From: an uncultured virus (IMG/VR IMGVR_UViG_3300046675_000098)
Taxonomy: Duplodnaviria; Heunggongvirae; Uroviricota; Caudoviricetes
Reading direction: 5' to 3' (one strand)
IMG/VR virus record: IMGVR_UViG_3300046675_000098
Length of the DNA: 57,369 bases
Below are positions 1 through 7,997 of this stretch, one piece after another. How positions within the stretch are numbered: the stretch's first letter is position 1; every line of letters begins with the position of its first letter. Made by a program: the position numbers and the translations under genes. The notes beneath the pieces were generated by a model. That model was given only the letters and a program-made list of their open reading frames with translations, had not been told where the DNA came from and did no database searches.

Positions 1-175
1 TCTGGCGGTAGGTGAACCCGGCATCAGAATCATGACGCTGAAGGCACCAGTACTCGTGGGCCACGAGGTGACCGATGCCGCCGAGCACCTCCCGCAGGCC
101 GCACTCCCGGTGCATGGGCTGACGGTCAAGGTCGTAAGCCCCCACGAATAGCTCGCCACACAGCACGCAGTTCAT
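1..175 (-). CDS. partial hypothetical protein (Cys/His-rich, truncated by window edge)
   Basis: ATG at 175-173 overlaps the stop of the neighbouring ORF; reads MNCVLCGELFVGAYDLDRQPMHRECG... open to the window edge. Confidence 0.55.
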   Translation of the reverse strand, partial: MNCVLCGELFVGAYDLDRQPMHRECGLREVLGGIGHLVAHEYWCLQRHDSDAGFTYRQ

Positions 176-438
176 CGTGTGAACTCCGTGCCCCGGTCGT
201 CCTCATCGAACAGCGTCGGCATCGACTCGATCAGCCTGGCACCCTCCAAGCGACCGAGCACCCGTCCCACCTCGATGGCGTTGGCGAACCAGCCCACCAT
301 CGTGCCCTCTTCCAGGCCGTACGGTCCCGTGCCACCGACCACGAACCCGGCGAAGATGCGACAGAACTCTGAGGCCCACACTCGGGCATCAATGGTGCTG
401 TGAAGATCAGGTGCTCCAGCTTGCGGCTCGTCCTTCAA
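172..438 (-). CDS. hypothetical protein
   Basis: 88-aa ORF tiling between neighbours on the coding strand. Confidence 0.55.
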   Translation of the reverse strand: MKDEPQAGAPDLHSTIDARVWASEFCRIFAGFVVGGTGPYGLEEGTMVGWFANAIEVGRVLGRLEGARLIESMPTLFDEDDRGTEFTR

Positions 439-892
439 CGGGTGCCCTTCCTACTCGTCGGGTCAGTTCACGTGACAGCAGAGCGGCGCCCCGCTCCATG
501 TTGTTCGACAGCACCGTCAACATCTTCACCCGTGCGTGGATGACGTCGTAGCGTGACTGCGCCGCCAACACCTCCGGGTCCAGATCCTTCTCCGCTCGCA
601 GCACCGTGACCTTGGCACCAGGGTCCCCTGACGTCATGAACATCGCCGTCAGCACCTTGATCTCAGTCTCGATGGTGGCCTCCTCGATCTCAGCCTCGAC
701 GCGACGCACGTCGATGAAGTTGGCCCACGCGATGTAGGCAGCGAAGATCTCCATGAGCCGCTGGCTGCCAAGGTCCGGGAGGTTGAGGGGGATCTGAGGG
801 ACGCCTCGCTCAGGCCTTCCGGGCAAGGGCACGCCGTCGTAGCTTGGCGTCGGCCTTGATGACAGGCGTTTGAGCGGCCTCGTGTTTGTCAT
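407..892 (-). CDS. conserved phage coiled-coil protein, possible recombination mediator (UvsY-like)
   Basis: helical acidic/basic ORF ending LLSRELTRR, downstream of RecA/resolvase/exonuclease; start MTNTRP at 892; function is inferred from context. Confidence 0.55.
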   Translation of the reverse strand: MTNTRPLKRLSSRPTPSYDGVPLPGRPERGVPQIPLNLPDLGSQRLMEIFAAYIAWANFIDVRRVEAEIEEATIETEIKVLTAMFMTSGDPGAKVTVLRAEKDLDPEVLAAQSRYDVIHARVKMLTVLSNNMERGAALLSRELTRRVGRAPVEGRAASWST

Positions 893-1874
893 GGTTCCGT
901 ATCTTCCAACATGTGTTGCGGTACTTGCAACCACGGCACGTGGACACCTGCTCGTCGGTGGCCCACGCTGGCCGTGGTGGAGGGCGCAGCGTTTCGAGCG
1001 CCTTGGTCACCAGGTGAGCACCTTCCAAGGCCCGCTCCACCAGACGGTCGTTGAGCTTGACCCGGAACTCCTTGACGTCCTGGTTGGGCTTCCACTCGTA
1101 GAGGAAGATCATCTCCGTGGGCACCGGTACCTCAGCCACCCCGAGCGAGGCCATGTACAGGTACAGCGCGCCCTGGCGCACGTGCACAGGGAAGGGCCGC
1201 TGGATGTCCATCCAGATCTTGTCCAGCGTCTCGTTGTTGAGGTAACGCTCGTACAACTCGGGCGCGTCGAAGCGGAGGCTGTTGATCCCGATGGACTTCA
1301 CCTCCAGCAGACGGAAGGGCTCGCTGTCATCGAACCAGAGCCCACCGTCAGCGTGACCCCCGAGATGGAGGTGCGGTGCGGTGAGTGGTACCTCCTTGTA
1401 CCGAAGGAACTCAACAACAGCACCGCAGTAGAAGCACTCCTTCGGTGCGCGGTCCCACCAACGGCACTGACACTGACGGCACTCGAACACGCCGTAGAGC
1501 ACACCCATCTCCCACAACCACGTCTGCCACTTGCGGTGGATGGTGTGGCCCTCGATCCACACGTTCTCCAACCGGAAGCTGGGGCTGGCGCTCTTGGTGC
1601 CGTCGATGGGGATACCAGCCAGCCGGTAGTAGTCAGCCCGGTAGCACCAGTCCGGCTTGCACATCTCCGAGGGGTGCAACAAAGTCTGGTCCCGCTCTTC
1701 GTCGGGGATCACAGCCTGTCTGAGCACGTGTTTCTTGAGGTCGTCCAGGATGATGTTGCGGTTGCCCACCGACAGGTCCCGCATCTCCCGGAGCACCCGG
1801 TGAGAGATGCTACGTTCAACCGGACGACCCTCGCTCATGTCCATTCCATCTGTCGAGGACCCACGCCGCGGCAC
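810..1874 (-). CDS. Cas4-like PD-(D/E)XK exonuclease
   Basis: HPSEMC, GHADG...LLEVKS, QxxLY motifs, C-terminal CxxCxxxxxC (4Fe-4S-type cysteines) and an internal Zn-ribbon. Confidence 0.85.
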   Translation of the reverse strand: MPRRGSSTDGMDMSEGRPVERSISHRVLREMRDLSVGNRNIILDDLKKHVLRQAVIPDEERDQTLLHPSEMCKPDWCYRADYYRLAGIPIDGTKSASPSFRLENVWIEGHTIHRKWQTWLWEMGVLYGVFECRQCQCRWWDRAPKECFYCGAVVEFLRYKEVPLTAPHLHLGGHADGGLWFDDSEPFRLLEVKSIGINSLRFDAPELYERYLNNETLDKIWMDIQRPFPVHVRQGALYLYMASLGVAEVPVPTEMIFLYEWKPNQDVKEFRVKLNDRLVERALEGAHLVTKALETLRPPPRPAWATDEQVSTCRGCKYRNTCWKIRNHDKHEAAQTPVIKADAKLRRRALARKA

Positions 1875-1880
1875 GGAAGC

Positions 1881-2195
1881 TCATGCAATGCGAGGGTCGT
1901 CATCGAAGTAGTCCTCCTCGCGCAGCACCACGTACCGGCGTGTTCCACCCTTCTCCTTGAACTCGATGCAGAAGACGGGTGTCCGGTTGTCGATGAGAGC
2001 ATTGTGCTCTAGCTGACGCAACTCGGCCAGCTTGAGGACGAAGGACTTGTGGGAGGTCCACTTGGCTTCGATCAATCTTCCCAGGGAGCGCACGTCGTGT
2101 TTCCGTACCCATCCGTTGCCCGATCCAGGCGAGCGGGTACCGCCTGTGAGGTTGGCGAGCCGTGACTCCTGCTTCTCCCACGGCTTACGAGGCAA
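1881..2195 (-). CDS. Holliday junction resolvase, PD-(D/E)XK type
   Basis: E...SGNG...KHDV...IEAK motif pattern, next to RecA. Confidence 0.75.
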   Translation of the reverse strand: MPRKPWEKQESRLANLTGGTRSPGSGNGWVRKHDVRSLGRLIEAKWTSHKSFVLKLAELRQLEHNALIDNRTPVFCIEFKEKGGTRRYVVLREEDYFDDDPRIA

Positions 2196-3255
2196 CGCGC
2201 TTCAGCGTACGCTTCTTGGCTGGCATGGGGCGCACGTTGTCAGTGTCAGTGCGCCCGAGCAGCCGGTGTCGTACCTCACCATCGAGCGCTGACACCAGGG
2301 CAGGCTCGTTCTCGATCGCAGCGAACAGAGCCTCCTTGCCCCGCCAGGAGCGACCGGCGTACTTGTAGACGCTGGAACGCTGCTCAATGATGTCCAGGTC
2401 CAAGGCGATGTTGCCGACCTGCTTGCCGAGGTCGTAGCTCCCGGCCCGATGGTTGGGGGTGTCCTCCCAGTAGAAGTCCATGGCTGCGGAGCGCTGCGGG
2501 GGACTCGTCTTGTTCTTGCTGATGCGGACCTTGAACCCGAGCCCCGTGCGGTGCTTGTCGGTGCCCAGCCACTCGTCGCGACGCACCTCCATGCGGACCA
2601 TGTAGAAGAACTCCTTGGCCCGACCGTACGGCGTGACTCGGTTGTCGCCGTAGGTGTAGCCCACCTTCTCCCGCCACTGGCTGATGATGATCCCGAGGCA
2701 GGCCCGGTCTGGTGTGGTGAGGCTGCGGCGCTGGGCGCTGCTCGACTTCCGCATGAACTTGCCCGTGATGCGGGCACCGAGGGCCACCTGGACCTGGTCC
2801 ATGGCCTTCTCGTCCTCCTCAGTGGGAGTGAGGCTGGAGAGACTGTCGATGACGACAGCGTCAACCAGGCGGTCATCGATCATCTCGATGGCGATTTGGA
2901 AGGCGTCCTCCATGACCTGGGTGGAGGCCACGATCATGCGGTTCATGTCAACGCCGCAGGTGATGGCCCACGGCACGACGAAGGGCTCGCTCGCTATCCA
3001 CAGGCAGTGGAAATCCCTGTTGATAACTTGGTTGGCGGCGATGGTCTTGAGAGCGATTACCGATTTACCGTTGGATGGTTCACCCTCGATGGAGCACCAG
3101 CAGTTCATGGGAAAGCCGCCGCCCAGCGCCAGGTCCAGGGACAACGACCCTGTCGTGATGCGTGGGATCTCGTGGCCGATCATGTCAGAGCCGAGCAGGA
3201 GGGTGCCCTCACCCAGGTTCTTGTTCACGCGTGCTACCACGCTGGTGATGGACAT
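2185..3255 (-). CDS. recA: RecA-like recombinase
   Basis: TGSLSLDLALGGG, Walker A GEPSNGKS, Walker B VVIDSL, KNKT motif. Confidence 0.93.
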   Translation of the reverse strand: MSITSVVARVNKNLGEGTLLLGSDMIGHEIPRITTGSLSLDLALGGGFPMNCWCSIEGEPSNGKSVIALKTIAANQVINRDFHCLWIASEPFVVPWAITCGVDMNRMIVASTQVMEDAFQIAIEMIDDRLVDAVVIDSLSSLTPTEEDEKAMDQVQVALGARITGKFMRKSSSAQRRSLTTPDRACLGIIISQWREKVGYTYGDNRVTPYGRAKEFFYMVRMEVRRDEWLGTDKHRTGLGFKVRISKNKTSPPQRSAAMDFYWEDTPNHRAGSYDLGKQVGNIALDLDIIEQRSSVYKYAGRSWRGKEALFAAIENEPALVSALDGEVRHRLLGRTDTDNVRPMPAKKRTLKRVAS

Positions 3256-3290
3256 GTACGGAGACTAGACCACCTACAAGTGATCGTGGG

Positions 3291-3752
3291 TCATGCGCTG
3301 TGAGCGAACTCGCCTTGCTCCCACAGGCCGTTCCACCCGCAGTCGGTGCACATGGGTGCCGCCTCGCGCTGACCCTCGAAGCGACGGAACAGCACACCGT
3401 CACACCGAGGGCAGTGCTGCGCTTCCTTCTGTCCCTTACCGCCGCGCCAGAACGCAGCGAGCGTCAGGAAGTTGTCCGGGTTGATGGCACCCCTCGGGAT
3501 GCGAGATGTGTCAACAGGAGGGGGTGGCACCGGAGCCCACGGATCACGGTGGCCCGGGGTCCCGATACCGAGCGCTGCCAGTTGCTCCTGGGTGTTGTCG
3601 TAGGCAGGCGGCGCGCCCTGCTGTTGATAGTACGCCTGGGGCGGGGGCTGAGCCTGCGGGTAGTAGTACGGGCTGCCCTGAGCCGGGGGCTGCGGTGCCC
3701 GCCCAGCCAGGCCACCGAAGTGACGCTGGTACCAACTCGCACTGTCACTCAT
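3291..3752 (-). CDS. hypothetical protein with Gln/Pro-rich N-terminus and C-terminal Zn ribbon
   Basis: CPRC...CTDCG. Confidence 0.7.
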   Translation of the reverse strand: MSDSASWYQRHFGGLAGRAPQPPAQGSPYYYPQAQPPPQAYYQQQGAPPAYDNTQEQLAALGIGTPGHRDPWAPVPPPPVDTSRIPRGAINPDNFLTLAAFWRGGKGQKEAQHCPRCDGVLFRRFEGQREAAPMCTDCGWNGLWEQGEFAHSA

Positions 3753-4050
3753 ACCGCATCCACCCCTCCAACATCGTGATCACAGCCATAGCGTAGGTGG
3801 TCAACCACGCAGTGCGCTCATCGTGACCATCCACGAGCGCCAACACCTGGGCAGCATCCTCGGCTGCGCTCGTGAGCAGAGTCAACAGAGCCTCGTCGGA
3901 GGCCAGCCGCTCCATACGGGCCTCGGAGTCCAGCTTCTCAGCCGTCCGTACCTCCGGGGACGCATCGATGAGCCCGAACATGTGACACAGCAGGTCAGAC
4001 GACACCGGCCATGCCATGTCCAGGAGGAACCGGCGCCGCAGCGCGGTCAT
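3745..4050 (-). CDS. hypothetical protein
   Basis: ATG at 4050 coupled to the polymerase stop (TGATG); MTALRRRFLLD... Confidence 0.6.
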   Translation of the reverse strand: MTALRRRFLLDMAWPVSSDLLCHMFGLIDASPEVRTAEKLDSEARMERLASDEALLTLLTSAAEDAAQVLALVDGHDERTAWLTTYAMAVITMLEGWMRYE

Positions 4051-6065
4051 CACTTCGCTTCGTTCCAGGCTCTCGCTATTCCGCACGACACCACCAGGGG
4101 TACATCGATGATCGGCCGGTTCCCCCGCATGATACCGCCCATCGCCTGCACCATGATGTCCCGGCATTCCTCAGCCTTGTCCTCAGGAGCCACGGCAATA
4201 AGCTCGTCGTGAACAGTCAACAGCAACTTGAACGGCTGGCCAGGCAGGGCTTGGAAGGCCCGGTCCACCCGGAGCATGGCGATCTTCATGATCTCTGCCG
4301 CAGTACCCTGGATGCGATGGTTCCATGCCTGGCGCTCAGCCCGGGTCCTCAACTCGTTGTCGCTGAAGGCGTACAGATCAGGAAGCCGCCGCCGTCGCCC
4401 CAGTAGAGTGGTGACGTAGGGAGGGGTTCTCTTGGGGTCCTTGCGGTCCCCCCTCCGGTCGGCTTCCAAGAGAACCGCCCTGCGCCACGGCTTGATGGTG
4501 GCGAAGCGGGCGTAGTACTTGTCCATGAACACCCGAGCTACGTCCTCCGGGATGCCTGCGGCCATGAGTCGGCCCAGGCCAGCGCCGTAGGAGATGGCGA
4601 AGTTGATGGTCTTGCCCGCTGTGTTGCGCTCCTCGTGACTCAACTTGCTGGCTGGCTTGCCGAGGATGAACGCTGCCGTCTCAGCGTGGATGTCGAGCCC
4701 TTCGAGGAAGATGCCCATCATCACCGGGTCCTGGAGGAAGTGCGCGAAGACCCGTAGCTCGATCTGGTCGTAGTCACACACCACCAGGAGGCAACCTGGC
4801 GGGGCGATGAACATCTCACGAATGTTCGCCCCGCTGCCCTCCCGAGGGATGTTCTGGAGGTTTGGCTCCGTGGAACTCAGACGACCCGTGACCGTGCGGT
4901 GCTGCGTCAACTGAGTGTGGATGTACGTGATCCCGTCCGTCGCAGTGGCAGCCCTCGCCTTGAGCCCGATGATGTAGGTGGAGTGGAGCTTCTTGAGTTC
5001 AGCGTGATGCAGGAAGCAGTCGCACAGGTCGTTGTTGGGCGCGTACTCCTCCATCGTGTACTGATCGAGTACCGGAGTGTGCGTCTTCGGCGTGTACTTG
5101 AGCGGCTTGAGCCCCTGCCCCTTCGGCTTGTCACCGAACAACAGGTCCCGCTTCTTGTTGGTGTTGGTCAACTCGAAGGGCTCACCCGTGATGGTCCAGG
5201 CCCGCTCCTCCCACTGCTCGATCTCCTCGGCCAGGTACTTCTCGACCTGGTCCAGCTTTGTTAGATCAACAGCGATGCCGTTGGTCTGCGTACGCATCAA
5301 CGTGGGGTAGAGATCCATCTCCAGCTTGAGCAGGGACAGGAGATCTTCGCGCTCCATCCGAGCCCGGGTCTCCTTCCAGTACAGCCAGAGCAGGTAGGCA
5401 TCCTTGGCCAGGTACCGAGCCACGTCATCGATGGGCTCCGTCTGGATCGTCTTGCCGAGCTTGGGGTAGTACGTCTTGCGCCGCACCTTGTCCGTGATGC
5501 GGAGCCAGTCGAGGATGACCTCCTTCAACTCGTAGTTGCGCCGGTTCTCATCACAGATGTGCGTCATGATCATCGGGTCCTCGTAGGGACCAGTTGGTAC
5601 CGCACCGCCGTAGTACTTGGCGATGGTCATGAGATCGAACCGTGCGTTCCAGGCCACCTTGATCTGGTCCCCGAACAACAGCGGCTCCAGTTCCTTGAAG
5701 ACGACGGCCGGGTCTAGCTGTGGTGGTGGAGGCGCGTAGACAGGCGGCACCTTGCGGACGACCTTGGCCTGAGAGAGCTTGCCACTCAGGAGGACGCGCC
5801 GGTTCTCCTCAGGCGGGAGCACCTTCTCCTCGGTGCCTGGCGTGAGCATGCGCCCTCGCTGGTGGCCCATTGGTACCAAGTACACCTGCCCGTAGCTGGC
5901 GAGGCCGATCCAGGTGACCCAGTTCGAGAAGACATCGAGCCCGTTCGTCTCGACGTCAAAGGAGAAGGCGGGCTGCTCACCCAGCATGGAGACGGCGTAC
6001 TTCAGTTCACTACGGGTGGTGATCAGATGCGGGAGTATCACTGACACTGACACATCGTGCCACAA
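4050..6065 (-). CDS. polA: DNA polymerase family A (3'-5' exonuclease plus polymerase, no 5'-3' exonuclease)
   Basis: ExoI FDVET, TGRLSSTEPNLQNIP, motif A DYDQIELR, motif B KTINFAISYG, motif C VHDEL; true start may be GTG near 6047. Confidence 0.95.
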   Translation of the reverse strand: MWHDVSVSVILPHLITTRSELKYAVSMLGEQPAFSFDVETNGLDVFSNWVTWIGLASYGQVYLVPMGHQRGRMLTPGTEEKVLPPEENRRVLLSGKLSQAKVVRKVPPVYAPPPPQLDPAVVFKELEPLLFGDQIKVAWNARFDLMTIAKYYGGAVPTGPYEDPMIMTHICDENRRNYELKEVILDWLRITDKVRRKTYYPKLGKTIQTEPIDDVARYLAKDAYLLWLYWKETRARMEREDLLSLLKLEMDLYPTLMRTQTNGIAVDLTKLDQVEKYLAEEIEQWEERAWTITGEPFELTNTNKKRDLLFGDKPKGQGLKPLKYTPKTHTPVLDQYTMEEYAPNNDLCDCFLHHAELKKLHSTYIIGLKARAATATDGITYIHTQLTQHRTVTGRLSSTEPNLQNIPREGSGANIREMFIAPPGCLLVVCDYDQIELRVFAHFLQDPVMMGIFLEGLDIHAETAAFILGKPASKLSHEERNTAGKTINFAISYGAGLGRLMAAGIPEDVARVFMDKYYARFATIKPWRRAVLLEADRRGDRKDPKRTPPYVTTLLGRRRRLPDLYAFSDNELRTRAERQAWNHRIQGTAAEIMKIAMLRVDRAFQALPGQPFKLLLTVHDELIAVAPEDKAEECRDIMVQAMGGIMRGNRPIIDVPLVVSCGIARAWNEAK

Positions 6066-6071
6066 CGAGAA

Positions 6072-6112
6072 GAGGGTGGTGATCAGCCCCCCAAAGTCCG
6101 ATCACCACCCTC
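6072..6112 (-). terminator. hairpin between ssb and polA
   Basis: 13-bp perfect inverted repeat GAGGGTGGTGATC/GATCACCACCCTC followed by TTCTCGTT on the minus strand. Confidence 0.6.
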
Positions 6113-6132
6113 ATTCCCTGTGCCCGAGGTAC

Positions 6133-6169
6133 AGCTTGTAGCCCTAACGGTAACTTGTCAAGCTGTCAA
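6133..6169 (-). promoter_or_regulatory. putative sigma70-type promoter
   Basis: two tandem TTGACA on the minus strand (6164-6169, 6156-6161); TTGACA-N17-CAAGCT. Confidence 0.4.
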
Positions 6170-6966
6170 GACCCCCAGGACTTCTCGCTGGTGTCCTCAC
6201 CGGTCATCTCGGCGGCGACTTCCTCCAGTTCACGGCGGGTATTCATGGTGATGATCTCAGCCGTGTAGCTCTTCTCCTTGAGCTTGGCTAGCTGGGCGTC
6301 ATCGAGCGGTGGCGTGCTCCAGTCCTCCAAGAGGTCCCGACCCCGGACGGGGTTCACCATGGTCGTCTTCTGCTGCCGCTGGGAGGCCTCGCTCATGCTC
6401 ACGGCGAAGTACAACTCCCGCTTGTCGAGCGGGCCGATCTTGGGGTCGGTGTGGTAGGTCTTCAACTGCTGACTCAACTTGACGCCGCAGTCCCACGTCT
6501 TGTTCTGCGCCACGCCGTCGTCACTGAGGACGGCGAGGTTGAACGCCGTCACCGCACCGGGCTTGTCCCCGATGTCACAGAGAGGGCACTCCTTCCCCAC
6601 GGACTGGAAGCACACGTAGGCCCGCTTGCCGATACCCACGCGATCGATCCAGTGACGCCGGAAGCTGGCGTACGGGGTGGCCTCCAAGATCTTGACGATC
6701 TGAGTGTCCTTCGTGGGCCGGAACGCCTGGGCGTACTGGCTTGTTGAGTCAATGGTCTCCTGGCTGGCTCCCCAGCCACTGCGGATCGCTCCATCACTGT
6801 CTAGATCAGGAGGCCCGCCACCGTTGCTACCCGACCCCATGGTGGGGCGCTCGTCGTAGTCGTACTCGGGGTCCGCAGCACGTGGTGTTGCTGCGGGACG
6901 CTTGGACACTGGCGCACTCGGCTTCGCCGGGGCGCGCTTCATGACGCGCTTCGCTGGCTCTGGCAT
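6166..6966 (-). CDS. single-stranded DNA-binding protein (gp32-like)
   Basis: H-W...C...CPLC Zn motif, acidic C-terminus, position directly upstream of the polymerase. Confidence 0.7.
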   Translation of the reverse strand: MPEPAKRVMKRAPAKPSAPVSKRPAATPRAADPEYDYDERPTMGSGSNGGGPPDLDSDGAIRSGWGASQETIDSTSQYAQAFRPTKDTQIVKILEATPYASFRRHWIDRVGIGKRAYVCFQSVGKECPLCDIGDKPGAVTAFNLAVLSDDGVAQNKTWDCGVKLSQQLKTYHTDPKIGPLDKRELYFAVSMSEASQRQQKTTMVNPVRGRDLLEDWSTPPLDDAQLAKLKEKSYTAEIITMNTRRELEEVAAEMTGEDTSEKSWGS

Positions 6967-6967
6967 G

Positions 6968-7015
6968 GTGTTCCTTTGGTGTGTTCCGGTCTAGGTGTTC
7001 CTGCTGGTGTGTTTC
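6968..7015 (-). repeat. four GGAACAC-type direct repeats with 13-14 nt period in the ssb leader
   Basis: plus-strand GTGTTCC at 6968, 6981 and 6995; GTGTTTC at 7009. Confidence 0.7.
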
Positions 7016-7452
7016 TGTAGTGCCAAGAAGGCCTGTACGAGCTTCGCCGTGAACCGAGGTCCAGGTGGAAGCCCGTCGAGGATGTGTTCCTCTCTGGCAA
7101 TCCGCACCATAGCCTCCACCTGCGGCCGGGTCCAGAGCCTGTCCCCCACATGTTTGAGGGTGCTGGTCTTCGGCTTGGTGGACCGGAACGTGGCCGGGGG
7201 GATGACCTCCCGCCGCTCCCACGTTCGGATGGTACGGACACTGCGGTGCAGCGCTAGAGCAACGTGGCGGATGGTGAAGAACTCCGTTGACACACCATTG
7301 TGCATGAGCATCCGAGGGTGATCGTCCCACTCCTCCAAGGGCTGCGGGCCAGCAGGAGCCTTGGCCTCCTGTTGACGCAGCAAAGGCACCCGCTTGCCGG
7401 GGAAGTCCCTCAGATCCTCGAAGAGCTTGTCAACCCTGTCGTCACTCATCAT
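6991..7452 (-). CDS. MerR/excisionase-like helix-turn-helix DNA-binding protein
   Basis: FTIRHVALALHRSVRTIRTWERREVIP. Confidence 0.8.
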   Translation of the reverse strand: MMSDDRVDKLFEDLRDFPGKRVPLLRQQEAKAPAGPQPLEEWDDHPRMLMHNGVSTEFFTIRHVALALHRSVRTIRTWERREVIPPATFRSTKPKTSTLKHVGDRLWTRPQVEAMVRIAREEHILDGLPPGPRFTAKLVQAFLALQKHTSRNT

Positions 7453-7458
7453 CCTCGT

Positions 7459-7911
7459 TCACAGCTTGACCCGCTGTGGCACGAAGGCGTACGTCTCGCT
7501 CACCACGTACAGCGACTCCAGGTCGGCATCGCTGATCTTGCCGGTGAAGTTGAGGCCGAGGATCTTGTCCTCGTCCAGCGCCACGATGGTCTGCGTGCAC
7601 TGGTTGTAGAGCTTGCGGGCCGTCAGGTACTCCTCGGCCGCTTCGATGTCGAGCGTGCGGGACACCCGGCGCTCTGCCTTGATGCCCTTGATGCGACCCT
7701 CGACCGGATCATCAGGCCAGTTGATCCAGTAGTGCCCAGCCTCGTCCCGAGTGCCGGACTCCTCCAGGATGGCGAGCAGTTCCTGACGCCGGTCTTCCTT
7801 GTCCTTGCCGAACTGCTTGACGGCGTCGTCAGCGTGCAGCCAGTGCTTCGCCGCGATGCGAGGGTCGAGCTTCACTCGCCGGGTGCTGCGCTTCAGCGTC
7901 TTCGTAGGCAT
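7459..7911 (-). CDS. conserved phage protein (Gam-like helical, tentative)
   Basis: start MPTKTLK at 7911 lies 6 nt after an extended -10 TGTTATAAT. Confidence 0.65.
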   Translation of the reverse strand: MPTKTLKRSTRRVKLDPRIAAKHWLHADDAVKQFGKDKEDRRQELLAILEESGTRDEAGHYWINWPDDPVEGRIKGIKAERRVSRTLDIEAAEEYLTARKLYNQCTQTIVALDEDKILGLNFTGKISDADLESLYVVSETYAFVPQRVKL

Positions 7912-7997
7912 GGTCACATTATAACATGGCTTGACCATTCACCAATGAGTCATACGAACTATGTTCCCCAGGTCAGAGGCCATCCTAGTGTGACGGC
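7912..7997. promoter_or_regulatory. divergent leaderless promoters
   Basis: minus strand: TG-T-TATAAT-N6-ATG(7911); plus strand: TAGTGT(7986-7991)-N6-ATG(7998). Confidence 0.6.

Noticed and set aside
810..1874. CRISPR-Cas system suggested by the Cas4-like nuclease
   Set aside because: No cas1/cas2 or other cas genes and no repeat-spacer array seen; the context is recombination.
870..3303. Long plus-strand ORFs (380 aa, 284 aa) and similar ones elsewhere (e.g. 34394..35482, 48265..49311)
   Set aside because: They are antisense shadows of well-supported minus-strand genes, typical of high-GC DNA, and carry no recognisable motifs.
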